Of a stretch of DNA of 64,000 nt, positions 38,224-48,295 are shown piece by piece (position 1 is the first letter of the stretch; the number at the start of each line of letters is the position of its first letter). The DNA is from Bacilli bacterium (GTDB lineage Bacteria; Bacillota; Bacilli; Bacillales; Amphibacillaceae), in contig JAAYTF010000070.1 of NCBI GenBank assembly GCA_012518125.1, forward strand, positions 1,673 through 65,672, in the 5' to 3' direction. A program made the translations under genes and the position numbers. The notes beneath the pieces were generated by a model. It made no database searches. It saw only the letters and a program-made list of their open reading frames with translations, and was not told the DNA's origin.

Positions 38224-40620
38224 CTACATAAATTGATATGGGTTCAAATCGATCGTTATTTGCAATCCTTGACGCCGTTCTTGCGCCAATCGTTCCAGCA
38301 CGGCGTTCAAACCTTCTAGCAACCGAGGCTCGCGGCGATATTTGATCAACACTTGATAACGGTGCCGGTTTTTCAGCCGTGGGATCGGCGCCGGATTCGG
38401 ACCTAATACGATCGCGTCGTTTGAAACGTATCGTTGCAATAAGTTCATAGCTTGAAACGCATTCTCGTGTAAAAACGCTTTGTTTTCATGTGTGAGCTGT
38501 ATGAGCGCCAAATAATAATAAGGCGGATAACGGTATGTTTTGCGCAATTTCATTTCTTGATAAAAAAATGACGTGTAATCGTAGCGGCTGGCATATTGGA
38601 TGCTGTAATGCTCCGGCGTGTACGTCTGTACGACCACTTCCCCCGCCAATTCGTGTCGACCCGCGCGGCCGCTCACTTGTGTAATGAGCTGAAACGTCTT
38701 TTCAGCGGAACGAAAATCGGGCAAATGAAGCATCGAATCGGCGGCAAGCACCCCGACCAACGTCACGTTTTTAAAGTCCAACCCTTTGGCGATCATTTGC
38801 GTGCCGAGCAAAATGTCCGCCTCTTTGTCGGCAAATTTCCTTAGCAGACGTTCATGCATCCCTTTTCGACTCGTCGTATCGACGTCCATGCGGATGACGC
38901 GGGCATTTGGGATCGCTTTGTACAAAGCTTCTTGAACCCGCTCCGTCCCGGTTCCGAAATAGCGGAACGCCTCGCTTCCACATTCCGGACATCGCTCCGG
39001 CATCATTTTTTCATATTGGCAGTAATGGCATTTCAAGCGATGGTCGCGTTTATGGTATGTAAGCGAAATGTCGCAATTCGGGCAAGTTTCGACGTAGCCG
39101 CAGTCGCGGCATAAAATAAAGGTCGAATAGCCGCGTCGGTTTAGCAATAAAACGACTTGTTGATTTTTCTTTAACCGGTCGTTGATTTTTTCCAGCAAAA
39201 GACGCGAAAACATCGACCGGTTCCCCGCATGAAGTTCAGCGCGCATATCGACGATTTCAACTGGCGGTAGCGGCTGTTTGTTCGTCCGTTGTTCCAATGT
39301 CAACAAATGGTACACGCCTTTCTGCGCCCGAGCGTATGCTTCCAACGTCGGCGTCGCACTTCCTAAGACGACGGGGCACCGGTTCAACTCGCCGCGCTTG
39401 ATCGCGACATCTTTTGCATGATAGCGCGGCGCTTCCTCTTGTTTGTACGTCGTTTCGTGCTCTTCGTCGATGATGATGATGCCGAGGTTTTCAAAAGGCG
39501 CGAAAATCGCGGACCTCGCACCGACGACAACTTGCACTTCTTTCCGTTGAATTTTTCGCCATTCGTCGTATTTCTCACCGACGGAAAGTCCGCTATGCAA
39601 AACGGCGACGCGATCGCCGAACCGCCCTTTGAAGCGGTGGACCATTTGCGGCGTGAGCGAAATTTCCGGGACTAATACGATCGCTTCTTTTCCTCGGTTT
39701 AAGACGTTTGCTATTGCCTGCAAATAAATTTCCGTTTTCCCGCTCCCGGTCACGCCGTGCAACAAAAATGTTTTATGCTCCTCATCGTTGATCGCCCGGT
39801 TGATTTCCGTTAGTGCACGTGCTTGTTCGTCGGTGAGCACGAGCGGTTTCGTTTTTTCCACTTCCCGCTTGTACGGATCGCGGTACACTTCACGCTTTTC
39901 AATCGTCAATAGGCCTTTAGCGACGAGCGGATTCAAATGTGAACGATGAATGTTCAATTCGTTGTACAATACGGTCTGCTCGATCGGTTTATGATTTCGG
40001 ATAAAGAAGGAAAGGATTTCTTTCTGCCTTGTCGCTTGCGGCCTCAGTTCGGCCAGCGCATGTTCCAACTTGTCCAGTTCCGCCGGCTTGATGACCTGTT
40101 CATAACGTTTTGCCTCACGGGTTTTCACGATGTAATTGATTTTGACGTTGCCTTTTTCAATTTCTTTTTTCAATAAAGAAATGGGTACATGCTTTAGCGC
40201 TTCATCATAACCGATCGTCTTCCGGCCGTCAAAAAGCGCTCTGATCGAATCTGCCGCAACATTTTCGCGCACGAGTGCCACTTCTTTGGCATATTTCGCT
40301 TTCAACACTTGCGGCAACATCGCTTGATACGTCGTGATATAAAGCGAGAGCGTCTCTTCGGCCAACCATTTTCCGACCTCGATCAATTCCTCGGTCAACA
40401 CCGGCGTCAAATCTAACACGTCGATAATTTCTTTCAATCCATCGACATTCGATCGTTCCTTCAACTCGATGACAAAACCGGTGATTTTCCTCGGTCCGAA
40501 CGGAATGACGACGCGGACGCCCGGTTTAACGATTGGACGGAACGCTTCCGGAATATAATAATCAAACGTCTGGTTGACGACGCTCGCCGGAACGTCGACG
40601 ATGACACGAGCCACTTTCAT
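38224..40620 (-). CDS. priA: Primosomal replication-restart helicase PriA
   Basis: 798 aa with LLHGVTGSGKTEIY, IIIDEEHE, a Cys-rich zinc insertion (CRDCG...CPNCD...CHYC...CPECG) and GRAGR. Confidence 0.96.
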   Translation of the reverse strand: MKVARVIVDVPASVVNQTFDYYIPEAFRPIVKPGVRVVIPFGPRKITGFVIELKERSNVDGLKEIIDVLDLTPVLTEELIEVGKWLAEETLSLYITTYQAMLPQVLKAKYAKEVALVRENVAADSIRALFDGRKTIGYDEALKHVPISLLKKEIEKGNVKINYIVKTREAKRYEQVIKPAELDKLEHALAELRPQATRQKEILSFFIRNHKPIEQTVLYNELNIHRSHLNPLVAKGLLTIEKREVYRDPYKREVEKTKPLVLTDEQARALTEINRAINDEEHKTFLLHGVTGSGKTEIYLQAIANVLNRGKEAIVLVPEISLTPQMVHRFKGRFGDRVAVLHSGLSVGEKYDEWRKIQRKEVQVVVGARSAIFAPFENLGIIIIDEEHETTYKQEEAPRYHAKDVAIKRGELNRCPVVLGSATPTLEAYARAQKGVYHLLTLEQRTNKQPLPPVEIVDMRAELHAGNRSMFSRLLLEKINDRLKKNQQVVLLLNRRGYSTFILCRDCGYVETCPNCDISLTYHKRDHRLKCHYCQYEKMMPERCPECGSEAFRYFGTGTERVQEALYKAIPNARVIRMDVDTTSRKGMHERLLRKFADKEADILLGTQMIAKGLDFKNVTLVGVLAADSMLHLPDFRSAEKTFQLITQVSGRAGRHELAGEVVVQTYTPEHYSIQYASRYDYTSFFYQEMKLRKTYRYPPYYYLALIQLTHENKAFLHENAFQAMNLLQRYVSNDAIVLGPNPAPIPRLKNRHRYQVLIKYRREPRLLEGLNAVLERLAQERRQGLQITIDLNPYQFM

Positions 40621-41825
40621 TCCGTTTTTCCCTCATAATCTTGATGGATCAGCTCTACCAATCGGGATGCGATTTCCGTTTTTGGAGCGAGCGTCAAACG
40701 GTGCTCTTCCATCGCTTTGTTCATGTATGTGACGATGTTCGTATCGACGCCGAAGCCGGCGCCAGCTTCCGTGACATTGTTGATGACGATTGCATCGAGA
40801 TTTTTTTCTCGCAACTTTTTCCTGCCATATTCGATCGGATTCGTCGTCTCGGCCGCAAAACCGACGAGGAATTGGTGCGTCTTCTTCTCGCCCAATGAAC
40901 GCAAAATGTCTTTCGTGCGTTCCAATTCAATTTGCAAGGCGCCTTGTTGTTTTTTCATCTTTTCTTGATGGACGACGCTCGGGCGGTAATCGGCGACGGC
41001 CGCCGCTTTGATGACGATATCGCTCGTTTCGAAATGCTCCCAAACGGCATTGTACATCTCTTCCGCTGTCGTCACATCGATGCGTTGAATGTTTCCGACA
41101 GGCGTCTCGAGGTTCACCGGGCCGGAAATCAGGACGACTTCCGCACCCGCCAAAGCGGCCGCTTCCGCTAGGGCATACCCCATTTTACCGCTTGAGTGGT
41201 TCGTGAAAAAGCGCACCGGATCGAGCGCTTCCTGCGTCGGTCCAGCGGTCACCAACACTTTCTTCCCTTCAAACAGCGTCGAACGTCGTTGATGGTGCTC
41301 GATCGTTTTAATGATGGTGAGCGGCTCTTCCAAACGCCCCTTTCCGACATATCCGCACGCCAAATAACCGGAGCCTGGTTCGATGAAATAGTAATTCCAG
41401 TCGGCAAGTTTTTTCATGTTTTCTTGAACGGCTGGATGCGCGTACATGTGCACGTTCATCGCAGGCGCGATATAAATGTCCGCCCGTGTAGCGAGCAGAA
41501 TCGTCGTCAGCATATTATCAGCGATGCCGTATGCCAATTTCCCGATCGTATTCGCCGTGGCGGGTGCGATGATTGCAATTTCCGCCCAGTCGGCAAGATC
41601 GACGTGGGCTATTATTTCCGGTACTTTTTCGTCGAACGTATCGACGTACACTTCATTTCGTGACAGTGCTTGAAACGTAAGCGGCGAGACGAACTCGGTC
41701 GCTCCCTCGGTCATTACGACGCGTACGTTCGCTCCCAGCTGCGTCAATTTGCTCGTCAAATCACACGCCTTGTAGACGGCGATGCCGCCCGTGACTCCCA
41801 ACAACACGTTTTTCCCTTGCCACAA
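40617..41825 (-). CDS. coaBC: Bifunctional phosphopantothenoylcysteine decarboxylase / phosphopantothenate-cysteine ligase
   Basis: LWQGKNVLLGVTGGIAVYKA...PAMN..M (CoaC) then ...ITAGPT.E.lDPVRF.tN.SSGKMG (CoaB). I prefer the TTG at 41825, 6 nt after AAAGAGGTG. This matches the B. subtilis N-terminus. The ORF-track start is 41891. Confidence 0.92.
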   Translation of the reverse strand: MWQGKNVLLGVTGGIAVYKACDLTSKLTQLGANVRVVMTEGATEFVSPLTFQALSRNEVYVDTFDEKVPEIIAHVDLADWAEIAIIAPATANTIGKLAYGIADNMLTTILLATRADIYIAPAMNVHMYAHPAVQENMKKLADWNYYFIEPGSGYLACGYVGKGRLEEPLTIIKTIEHHQRRSTLFEGKKVLVTAGPTQEALDPVRFFTNHSSGKMGYALAEAAALAGAEVVLISGPVNLETPVGNIQRIDVTTAEEMYNAVWEHFETSDIVIKAAAVADYRPSVVHQEKMKKQQGALQIELERTKDILRSLGEKKTHQFLVGFAAETTNPIEYGRKKLREKNLDAIVINNVTEAGAGFGVDTNIVTYMNKAMEEHRLTLAPKTEIASRLVELIHQDYEGKTE

Positions 41826-41871
41826 ATTAAACACCTCTTTTTGATGGAATGACGCAAAAAGTTGGCAATAG

Positions 41872-41906
41872 TGCAAAACCCTTGCTTTCATGTCAGCAAG
41901 GGTTCA
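41872..41906 (-). terminator. Hairpin (weak or partial terminator) between rpoZ and coaBC
   Basis: A 10-bp stem pairs AACCCTTGCT (41877-41886) with AGCAAGGGTT (41895-41904). Only a short T-run follows on the minus strand. Confidence 0.4.
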
Positions 41907-41911
41907 AAACA

Positions 41912-42109
41912 TTATTCATCCTCTTTGAGCACAATTTTTCCCGCATCGATTTCTTCCAATGCAATGCCGACGTATGTGTGCGACTTCGGTTCGTCGACCA
42001 ACGGTTTATCGCCGTCCTGCAATTGGCGCGCACGTCTTGCAGCAACGGTGACGAGTGTAAATTTCGAATTAATTTTTTCCTGCAGGCTGTCAATCGATGG
42101 TTCAAGCAT
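41912..42109 (-). CDS. rpoZ: DNA-directed RNA polymerase subunit omega
   Basis: [31 protein letters not shown]... The ATG at 42109 lies 9 nt after GGAGG. It overlaps the gmk 3' end. Confidence 0.95.
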   Translation of the reverse strand: MLEPSIDSLQEKINSKFTLVTVAARRARQLQDGDKPLVDEPKSHTYVGIALEEIDAGKIVLKEDE

Positions 42110-42728
42110 CAAAATCATCCTCCAAAAGCATTTTATACTCCTTTTCGAATCTTTCCCTGCGGCAATGTTCGCTGATGATGATCGATTTCACTTTTTTCAC
42201 CGCTTCATCGACGTCGTCATTGACGACGACATAATCGTATTCGCGCATCATTTCGATCTCTTTGCGCGCTTCGTTCAACCGTTCCCGTATGACATCATTC
42301 GTTTCGGTGCCCCGATTGACGATGCGGTTTTTCAACTCCGTTAAACTTGGCGGGGTCAAAAAGATGAAAACGCCGTCAGGGAAGTTCCGTTTCACTTGCA
42401 TCGCGCCTTGCACTTCGATTTCCAAAAACACGTCATTGCCTTGGGCCAACTGATCAAGGACGTATTGTTTCGGCGTCCCGTAATAATTATCGACATATTT
42501 GGCGTATTCCAACAGTTCGCCGCGTTCGATCATTTGTTCAAACTGCTCTTTCGTCTTATAAAAATAATCGACGCCTTCTTTTTCGCCGGGACGCATTTGC
42601 CGCGTCGTCGCCGAAACGGAATATTTCAAATTGACGCCATCCGTTTCAAATAAACGTTTCCTTACCGTCCCTTTGCCAACCCCTGCTGGACCCGATAAGA
42701 CAAATAAGATTCCCATTCGCTTGTCCAA
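42102..42728 (-). CDS. gmk: Guanylate kinase
   Basis: ...[16 protein letters not shown]...YYGT...  I prefer the TTG at 42728, 7 nt after AGGAGG. An alternative ATG lies at 42716. Confidence 0.94.
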   Translation of the reverse strand: MDKRMGILFVLSGPAGVGKGTVRKRLFETDGVNLKYSVSATTRQMRPGEKEGVDYFYKTKEQFEQMIERGELLEYAKYVDNYYGTPKQYVLDQLAQGNDVFLEIEVQGAMQVKRNFPDGVFIFLTPPSLTELKNRIVNRGTETNDVIRERLNEARKEIEMMREYDYVVVNDDVDEAVKKVKSIIISEHCRRERFEKEYKMLLEDDFDA

Positions 42729-42751
42729 AGCTGTTCCTCCTATTACGACCA

Positions 42752-43636
42752 TCACTCTATATTTTGTACTTGTTCCTTCATTTTTTCAAGATTGCTTTTT
42801 ATTTGCACGACCAGTTCACTGATCGACGCATCGGCGGACTTGGCTCCGATCGTATTCGTCTCCCGATGCATTTCTTGGATGATGAAATCGAGTTTACGGC
42901 CGATCGCGCCCGATTGGGCCGCCGTCTGTTTAAAATGTTCCAAGTGGCTGAACAACCTCGTTATTTCTTCCGTTATATCGCTTTTTTCCGCAAGTATGGC
43001 AATTTCTTGCAACAAGTGGTTTTGATCGACGGAGCTGTTGTCTTCCAAATGCGCTTCAATGCGTTCTTTGATACGTTCATGGTATGCGCTATGAACCAGC
43101 TCTTTCATTTCGTCGATCCGTTCAACGTCCGCTTCCACGTTTTCAAGCCGTTTTAAGATGTCTTTCATGATAAAAGCGCCTTCGGTTTCTCGTGAACGCT
43201 GGACTTGTTTTGCAACTTCTTCCACGCTGTTTAAAATGAATTGATGGATTGCATCATCGGCGCGTTTTTCCTCTTTGATTTGAAACAGTTCGTCCATCGC
43301 CGTGATGATGGATATTGGGATGTCCCCTTTTAAATCGTAACGTTCTTTCACCGAGCCCAACTGTTTGAAAAATTCGTCCATCAAATCCCAATCGACGTAC
43401 AATGAACGTTCTTCCAACAAGCTGCCCTTCGCCGATATGTACAATTCAACGCGGCCGCGTTCAAAATACGTTTGGATGATTTTTTTGAATTCTATTTCAA
43501 GTTCATACAATGAACGAGGTATTTTGGCGATAAAGTCCAAAAAACGGCTGTTGACAGTGCGGATTTCCACGGTCAAGGTCATATCTCCGCGATGGAACGT
43601 TTCGCTTCCATACCCTGTCATGCTCCTTACCAACAT
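42752..43636 (-). CDS. yloC: YicC-family stress-induced protein / endoribonuclease (YloC)
   Basis: ...SMTGYG...[13 protein letters not shown]...C-terminal DUF1732-type region [13 protein letters not shown]. The start is ambiguous within GTG-ATG-ATG at 43642-43634. Confidence 0.9.
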   Translation of the reverse strand: MLVRSMTGYGSETFHRGDMTLTVEIRTVNSRFLDFIAKIPRSLYELEIEFKKIIQTYFERGRVELYISAKGSLLEERSLYVDWDLMDEFFKQLGSVKERYDLKGDIPISIITAMDELFQIKEEKRADDAIHQFILNSVEEVAKQVQRSRETEGAFIMKDILKRLENVEADVERIDEMKELVHSAYHERIKERIEAHLEDNSSVDQNHLLQEIAILAEKSDITEEITRLFSHLEHFKQTAAQSGAIGRKLDFIIQEMHRETNTIGAKSADASISELVVQIKSNLEKMKEQVQNIE

Positions 43637-43763
43637 CATCACTCCAGTATAGTCTATTATACATCGTTATATAGCATTTCTCTATAAATTAGCGGAGAAA
43701 GAGGAAAATAAATGGGTGCGCTCGTTTTCCTGATCGTAAAAAACGCTCCTTTTTCTAACGGGC

Positions 43764-43802
43764 GAAGAAAAAGATGAACCAACATCCGTTGATTCATCTT
43801 TA
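43764..43802 (-). terminator. Intrinsic terminator after yloB
   Basis: AAAGATGAA (43770-43778) pairs with TTCATCTTT (43793-43801). On the minus strand it is followed by TTCTTCG after CTTTTT. A short T-run is also present on the + strand. Confidence 0.6.
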
Positions 43803-43812
43803 TATTTTACTA

Positions 43813-46473
43813 TTATTTTTTGGAAAAACTAAATAGTAAAGTAGGTAGTGCGCTCAAAACGAAAACAATCAACCAATCGGTAAGTTGCAGCGGCACGGTG
43901 TAAAAGACGGCTTGCAGCGGCTTTACGTAAATGACGACGAGCAGCAATAGGAATGATAAGACGACGGCAAAAAGCAAATATAAGTTGCTGAACGGATTCC
44001 GCGTGAAAATGCCTCGTTCCGTCCGGCAATCGAAGACGTGGATGAGCTGAGCAAGCACCAACGTCGTAAATGCGTACGTGCGTGCATAATTCAGATCTTC
44101 AGGATGTTCGTTTAAGAAGTACATGAACGCAATGAGTGTGACAAGTCCGATCAAAAGGCCGCGCGTAATGATTTTGAACCCGAGCCCCCGTGAAAAGATG
44201 CCTTCTTTCGGGCTGCGCGGTTTTTGTTTCATGACGTTCGTCTCCGGCGGATCGAGCCCGAGCGCCATCGCCGGAAGTCCGTCCGTGATCAAATTGACCC
44301 ACAATATTTGCACCGGAACGAGCGGAAGCGGCTGCGCCAAAATCATCGCCGCCAACATGACGAAAATTTCCCCGACGTTTGATGCGAGCAAATAACGGAT
44401 AAATTTCCGGATGTTTTCGTAAATGTTCCGCCCCTCGCGGATCGCTTCTTTGATCGTGATGAAATTGTCGTCCAACAAAACGAGCGAGGACGCTTCTTTC
44501 GTGACATCGGTTCCGCTTATCCCCATGCTGATGCCGATGTTGGCCGCTTTGATCGCCGGGGCGTCATTGACGCCATCCCCCGTCATGGCGACGATGTGGC
44601 CCCTTTTTTGGAACGCTTTTACGATTTTAAGTTTATGTTCCGGTGTGACCCTCGCAAAGACGGACACGTTTTCAATGATGTTGGCCAAATCATTGACGGA
44701 CATTTTATTGAGTTCATATCCTTCCAAAACGAGGTCGTCAGGTTCGTATATACCGACGCTACCAGCGATTGCCAATGCCGTTTTTTTATGGTCGCCCGTG
44801 ATCATCACGGTTTTGATGCCCGCTTGTTTGCATTGGGCGACCGCTTGTTTCACGTTTTCCCGCGGCGGGTCGAGCAAGCCGAACAAACCGATGAATGTTA
44901 GTTCGTTTTCCAAATTCGTCAACGTTTTTTCGTTCACCGATTCGTGCGGTGAAAGTTTTTTTACGCTGATGGCGATGATGCGCAGTGCTTTTTCCGCCAT
45001 ATGCTCCATCACTTTCATGATCGTATCGCTTTTTATCGCGCTTTGCTTCCCATTCCAGCTCAGTTCATAACGGCAGCGCGGCAAAATGATGTCCGGGGCG
45101 CCTTTTACGATCAAAAAACGTTCGCCTGCTTCGTTTTCGATCAATACGCTCATCCGCTTTCTTTCCGAATCGAACGGAATTTCCGCCAACTTTTTGAAGT
45201 TTTCCGCTTCCGCATACGTAATGCCGAATTTTCGTGCCGCGATGAGTAGGGCGCCGTCAGTCGGGTCGCCATCGACGAGCAATTTCCCTTTTTTCCTTTG
45301 CAGTTCGGCGCTGTTGCACAATGAACCATACAGCAACATGTCGTGCAACAATCGATCGTTTGTCAACGATCCTTGGCTCCGTACATCGATGAAATCGCCG
45401 CTTTCCGCATAGCCGTCACCTGAAACCGCAATCGTCCGATGCGCCAGCCAAATTTCTTTCACCGTCATTTTGTTTTGAGTGATTGTGCCGGTCTTGTCGG
45501 TACAGATGACGGATGTGCTTCCCAACGTTTCAATGGCGGACAATTTGCGCACGATCGCTTTTCGTTTGATCATGCGCTGGACGCCGAGCGACAATACGAC
45601 CGTGACGATCGCCGGCAAGCCTTCGGGGATGACCGCCACCGCCAACGAAACGCCGGCCAAAAACATGTCATAAAGCAGCTGGCCTTGGTAAACCCCGATG
45701 AACACGGTCAATGCAGTGAGCATAAAAACGACGAAGATCAACGTTTTACCCAATTCTTTTAATTTCAATTCGAGCGGGGTCGGCACATGCTTCGTTTCAT
45801 CCATCAACTTTGCGATTTTGCCGATTTCCGTGTTCATCCCCGTATGTACGACGATGCCTAAACCGCTCCCTTTCGTGACGAGCGTGCTTTTAAACACCAT
45901 GTTCGCTTGGTCCTGCACCGACAGATTGTCCGAAAATATTGCATCCGCCCGCTTTTCGACGGGAAGCGATTCTCCTGTCAACATCGACTCTTCCGTCTCG
46001 AGACCATTCGCTTCGATGACCCTCAAATCCGCCGGAACACGGTCGCCCGTTTTGATCCGGACGATATCGCCGACGACAGCTTGTTCGGCGGGAAGGGTTT
46101 GCCATTCGCCATCCCTTAGCACGCGCATCGTCGGGGCAGACAATTGTTTCAATTTTTCAAGCGACTTTTCGGCGCGATGTTCCTGAAAAAAACCAATCAA
46201 ACCATTTAAAATGACGATGAGCATGATTGCCAGTGCATCGACGTATTCACCAAGCAATCCGGCGATGAGCGTCGCAGCCAATAAAATGAGGACAAGGAAA
46301 TCTTGAAATTGGGAAATGAAGATCAACCATAACGGTTTGCGCTCACTGACGACGATTTGATTCAATCCGTATTTCCTCTGCCGTTCCTCGACTTGACGGC
46401 TCGTCAATCCTTTTTTATGGAAAACTTCTAGTTTTCGTTCCACTTCTTCAACCGGAAGTTTGTACCAATCCAT
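43813..46473 (-). CDS. yloB: P-type Ca2+-transporting ATPase (YloB, PMCA/SERCA-like)
   Basis: MDWYKLPVEEVERKLEV...TGES...ICTDKTGTITQN (phosphorylation site)...MITGDH...VAMTGDGVNDAPA. About 10 TM segments. A GGGGTGGGA SD precedes the ATG at 46473. The ORF-track start is 46575. Confidence 0.95.
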   Translation of the reverse strand: MDWYKLPVEEVERKLEVFHKKGLTSRQVEERQRKYGLNQIVVSERKPLWLIFISQFQDFLVLILLAATLIAGLLGEYVDALAIMLIVILNGLIGFFQEHRAEKSLEKLKQLSAPTMRVLRDGEWQTLPAEQAVVGDIVRIKTGDRVPADLRVIEANGLETEESMLTGESLPVEKRADAIFSDNLSVQDQANMVFKSTLVTKGSGLGIVVHTGMNTEIGKIAKLMDETKHVPTPLELKLKELGKTLIFVVFMLTALTVFIGVYQGQLLYDMFLAGVSLAVAVIPEGLPAIVTVVLSLGVQRMIKRKAIVRKLSAIETLGSTSVICTDKTGTITQNKMTVKEIWLAHRTIAVSGDGYAESGDFIDVRSQGSLTNDRLLHDMLLYGSLCNSAELQRKKGKLLVDGDPTDGALLIAARKFGITYAEAENFKKLAEIPFDSERKRMSVLIENEAGERFLIVKGAPDIILPRCRYELSWNGKQSAIKSDTIMKVMEHMAEKALRIIAISVKKLSPHESVNEKTLTNLENELTFIGLFGLLDPPRENVKQAVAQCKQAGIKTVMITGDHKKTALAIAGSVGIYEPDDLVLEGYELNKMSVNDLANIIENVSVFARVTPEHKLKIVKAFQKRGHIVAMTGDGVNDAPAIKAANIGISMGISGTDVTKEASSLVLLDDNFITIKEAIREGRNIYENIRKFIRYLLASNVGEIFVMLAAMILAQPLPLVPVQILWVNLITDGLPAMALGLDPPETNVMKQKPRSPKEGIFSRGLGFKIITRGLLIGLVTLIAFMYFLNEHPEDLNYARTYAFTTLVLAQLIHVFDCRTERGIFTRNPFSNLYLLFAVVLSFLLLLVVIYVKPLQAVFYTVPLQLTDWLIVFVLSALPTLLFSFSKK

Positions 46474-46568
46474 CTTCGATCCCACCCCGTCATATGCAAA
46501 TCTACTTTTACCATATGTATGCGCTTTGGAAAAAAATAATGATATAATGACGAAAAGAGGTGAGAAAG

Positions 46569-48272
46569 ATGCCATTTGACGGAATAGTCCTCAAAGCAGT
46601 CGTCGAAGAATTAAAACAGGAACTCGTCGGCGGAAGGATAGATAAAATTTATGAACCGACGGATACCGAGCTCGTCTTAACGATCCGAAACAACCGTAAA
46701 AACCATTCGCTCGTCATTTCGATTCATCCTTCTTATTTCCGCATCCACTTGACGGATACGGCGTTTCACAACCCGAGCGAGCCGCCGCTCTTTTGCATGG
46801 TCTTGCGCAAACATCTCATCGGTGCGCGCATCGAAAACTTAGAGCAGCTCGATTTGGAACGGATCGTTTGCATCGACTTTCGCGGCAAAGACGAAATCGG
46901 TGATGTGACCGAACATCAACTGATCGTCGAGTTGATGGGAAAACATAGCAACGTCATGTTGGTCGAAAAAGAGACGAAACGGATCATCAACGCGATGAAA
47001 CACGTCCCTCCCGCCGTCAATCGCGTACGCACGATTTTGCCAGGGGCGACGTACGTGTTTCCACCGTCCAACAACAAACTGAATCCGTTGACGACAACCG
47101 GTGAAGATTTGCTACGCAAACTCGATTTCAATCAAGGAAAACTCGACCGCCAAATCGTCAACGCCTTGATGGGATTCTCCCCGTTTTTGGCAAAAGAACT
47201 CGTCCACCGCGCGCATTTGGGTTCCGAAAAGACGTATGAAAAACAATTTTTGAAGCTGCGCGATGAAATCATAGCAAAAAAATACGAATTTGCGACGTAC
47301 GAAAACGGCAAGGAAGAATTCCACGTCATGCCGATTACGCACGCCGGGAAGAAACGTGCATTCCGGAGTGCCAATGAACTCGTCGACCGGTTTTTCGAAA
47401 ATAAAGCAGAACGCGATCGCATCAAACAACGGGTGCGAGATTTGACAAGGATTTTGCAAAATGAATGGCAAAAAAATAAGCGGAAGCTGGCCATTCATCA
47501 AGAGACGATCGAAAAAGCGGAAGAAGCGGAAAAGTACAAAAAATACGGCGAATTGCTCACCGCGCACATGTACATGGTGGAAAAGGGGATGAAGTCGATC
47601 ACCGTCGTCGATTATTACGATCCCGAGCAAAAAGAGTTGACGATCCCCTTAAAAGAAGACTTGACGCCGAGCGAAAACGCCCAGCGTTATTTCAACCGGT
47701 ACCGGAAATTAAAACACGCCAAAGAAAAGGCGAAAGAAGAACTTGAAAAAACGAAGGCGGAAATCGCGTATTTGGAAGCGGTGTTGCATCAACTCGAACA
47801 TGCTCGTGAAGAGGACATCGAAGAAATTCGCAGTGAACTGGAAGAACAAGGTTATCAAAAACAGCGGCAAACAAGAAAGAAAACCGTACCGCCTCAGCCC
47901 GACAAATTCATCTCATCCGACGGCACCGTCATCTACGTCGGAAGAAACAACAAACAAAATGAATACGTCACCCATAAGCTCGCCCATAAAGAAGACATCT
48001 GGCTTCATACGTTGAACATTCCCGGCTCGCACGTCATCATCAAATCGTCCAACCCATCGGAACAAACGCTCATGGAAGCGGCAGCACTTGCCGCCTACTA
48101 CAGCAAAGCGCGGCATTCCGAATCGGTGCCGGTCGATTATACGAAAGTGAAATACGTAAAAAAACCGAAAGGCGCAAAACCTGGTTTCGTCACGTATACC
48201 GAACAGAAGACGTTGTACGTAAAACCGAAGAAGTTGAAACAGCCGGAACAACAAAAAACCACAAAACCTTAA
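46569..48272 (+). CDS. rqcH: Ribosome quality control protein RqcH (YloA, NFACT / fibronectin-binding protein A family)
   Basis: MPFDGIVLKAVVEELKQELVGGRIDKIYEP...coiled-coil middle...C-terminal NFACT-R region (...IWLHTLNIPGSHVII...). An AAGAGGTGA SD precedes the ATG at 46569. Confidence 0.93.
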   Translation: MPFDGIVLKAVVEELKQELVGGRIDKIYEPTDTELVLTIRNNRKNHSLVISIHPSYFRIHLTDTAFHNPSEPPLFCMVLRKHLIGARIENLEQLDLERIVCIDFRGKDEIGDVTEHQLIVELMGKHSNVMLVEKETKRIINAMKHVPPAVNRVRTILPGATYVFPPSNNKLNPLTTTGEDLLRKLDFNQGKLDRQIVNALMGFSPFLAKELVHRAHLGSEKTYEKQFLKLRDEIIAKKYEFATYENGKEEFHVMPITHAGKKRAFRSANELVDRFFENKAERDRIKQRVRDLTRILQNEWQKNKRKLAIHQETIEKAEEAEKYKKYGELLTAHMYMVEKGMKSITVVDYYDPEQKELTIPLKEDLTPSENAQRYFNRYRKLKHAKEKAKEELEKTKAEIAYLEAVLHQLEHAREEDIEEIRSELEEQGYQKQRQTRKKTVPPQPDKFISSDGTVIYVGRNNKQNEYVTHKLAHKEDIWLHTLNIPGSHVIIKSSNPSEQTLMEAAALAAYYSKARHSESVPVDYTKVKYVKKPKGAKPGFVTYTEQKTLYVKPKKLKQPEQQKTTKP

Positions 48273-48294
48273 TTATAAGGTTTTGTGGTTTTTA
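48255..48294. terminator. Bidirectional intrinsic terminator shared by rqcH and the convergent LysR gene
   Basis: A 15-bp perfect stem pairs AACCACAAAACCTTA (48258-48272) with TAAGGTTTTGTGGTT (48276-48290). The first arm is the last rqcH codons. A/T runs lie on both sides. Confidence 0.8.
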
Positions 48295-48295
48295 A

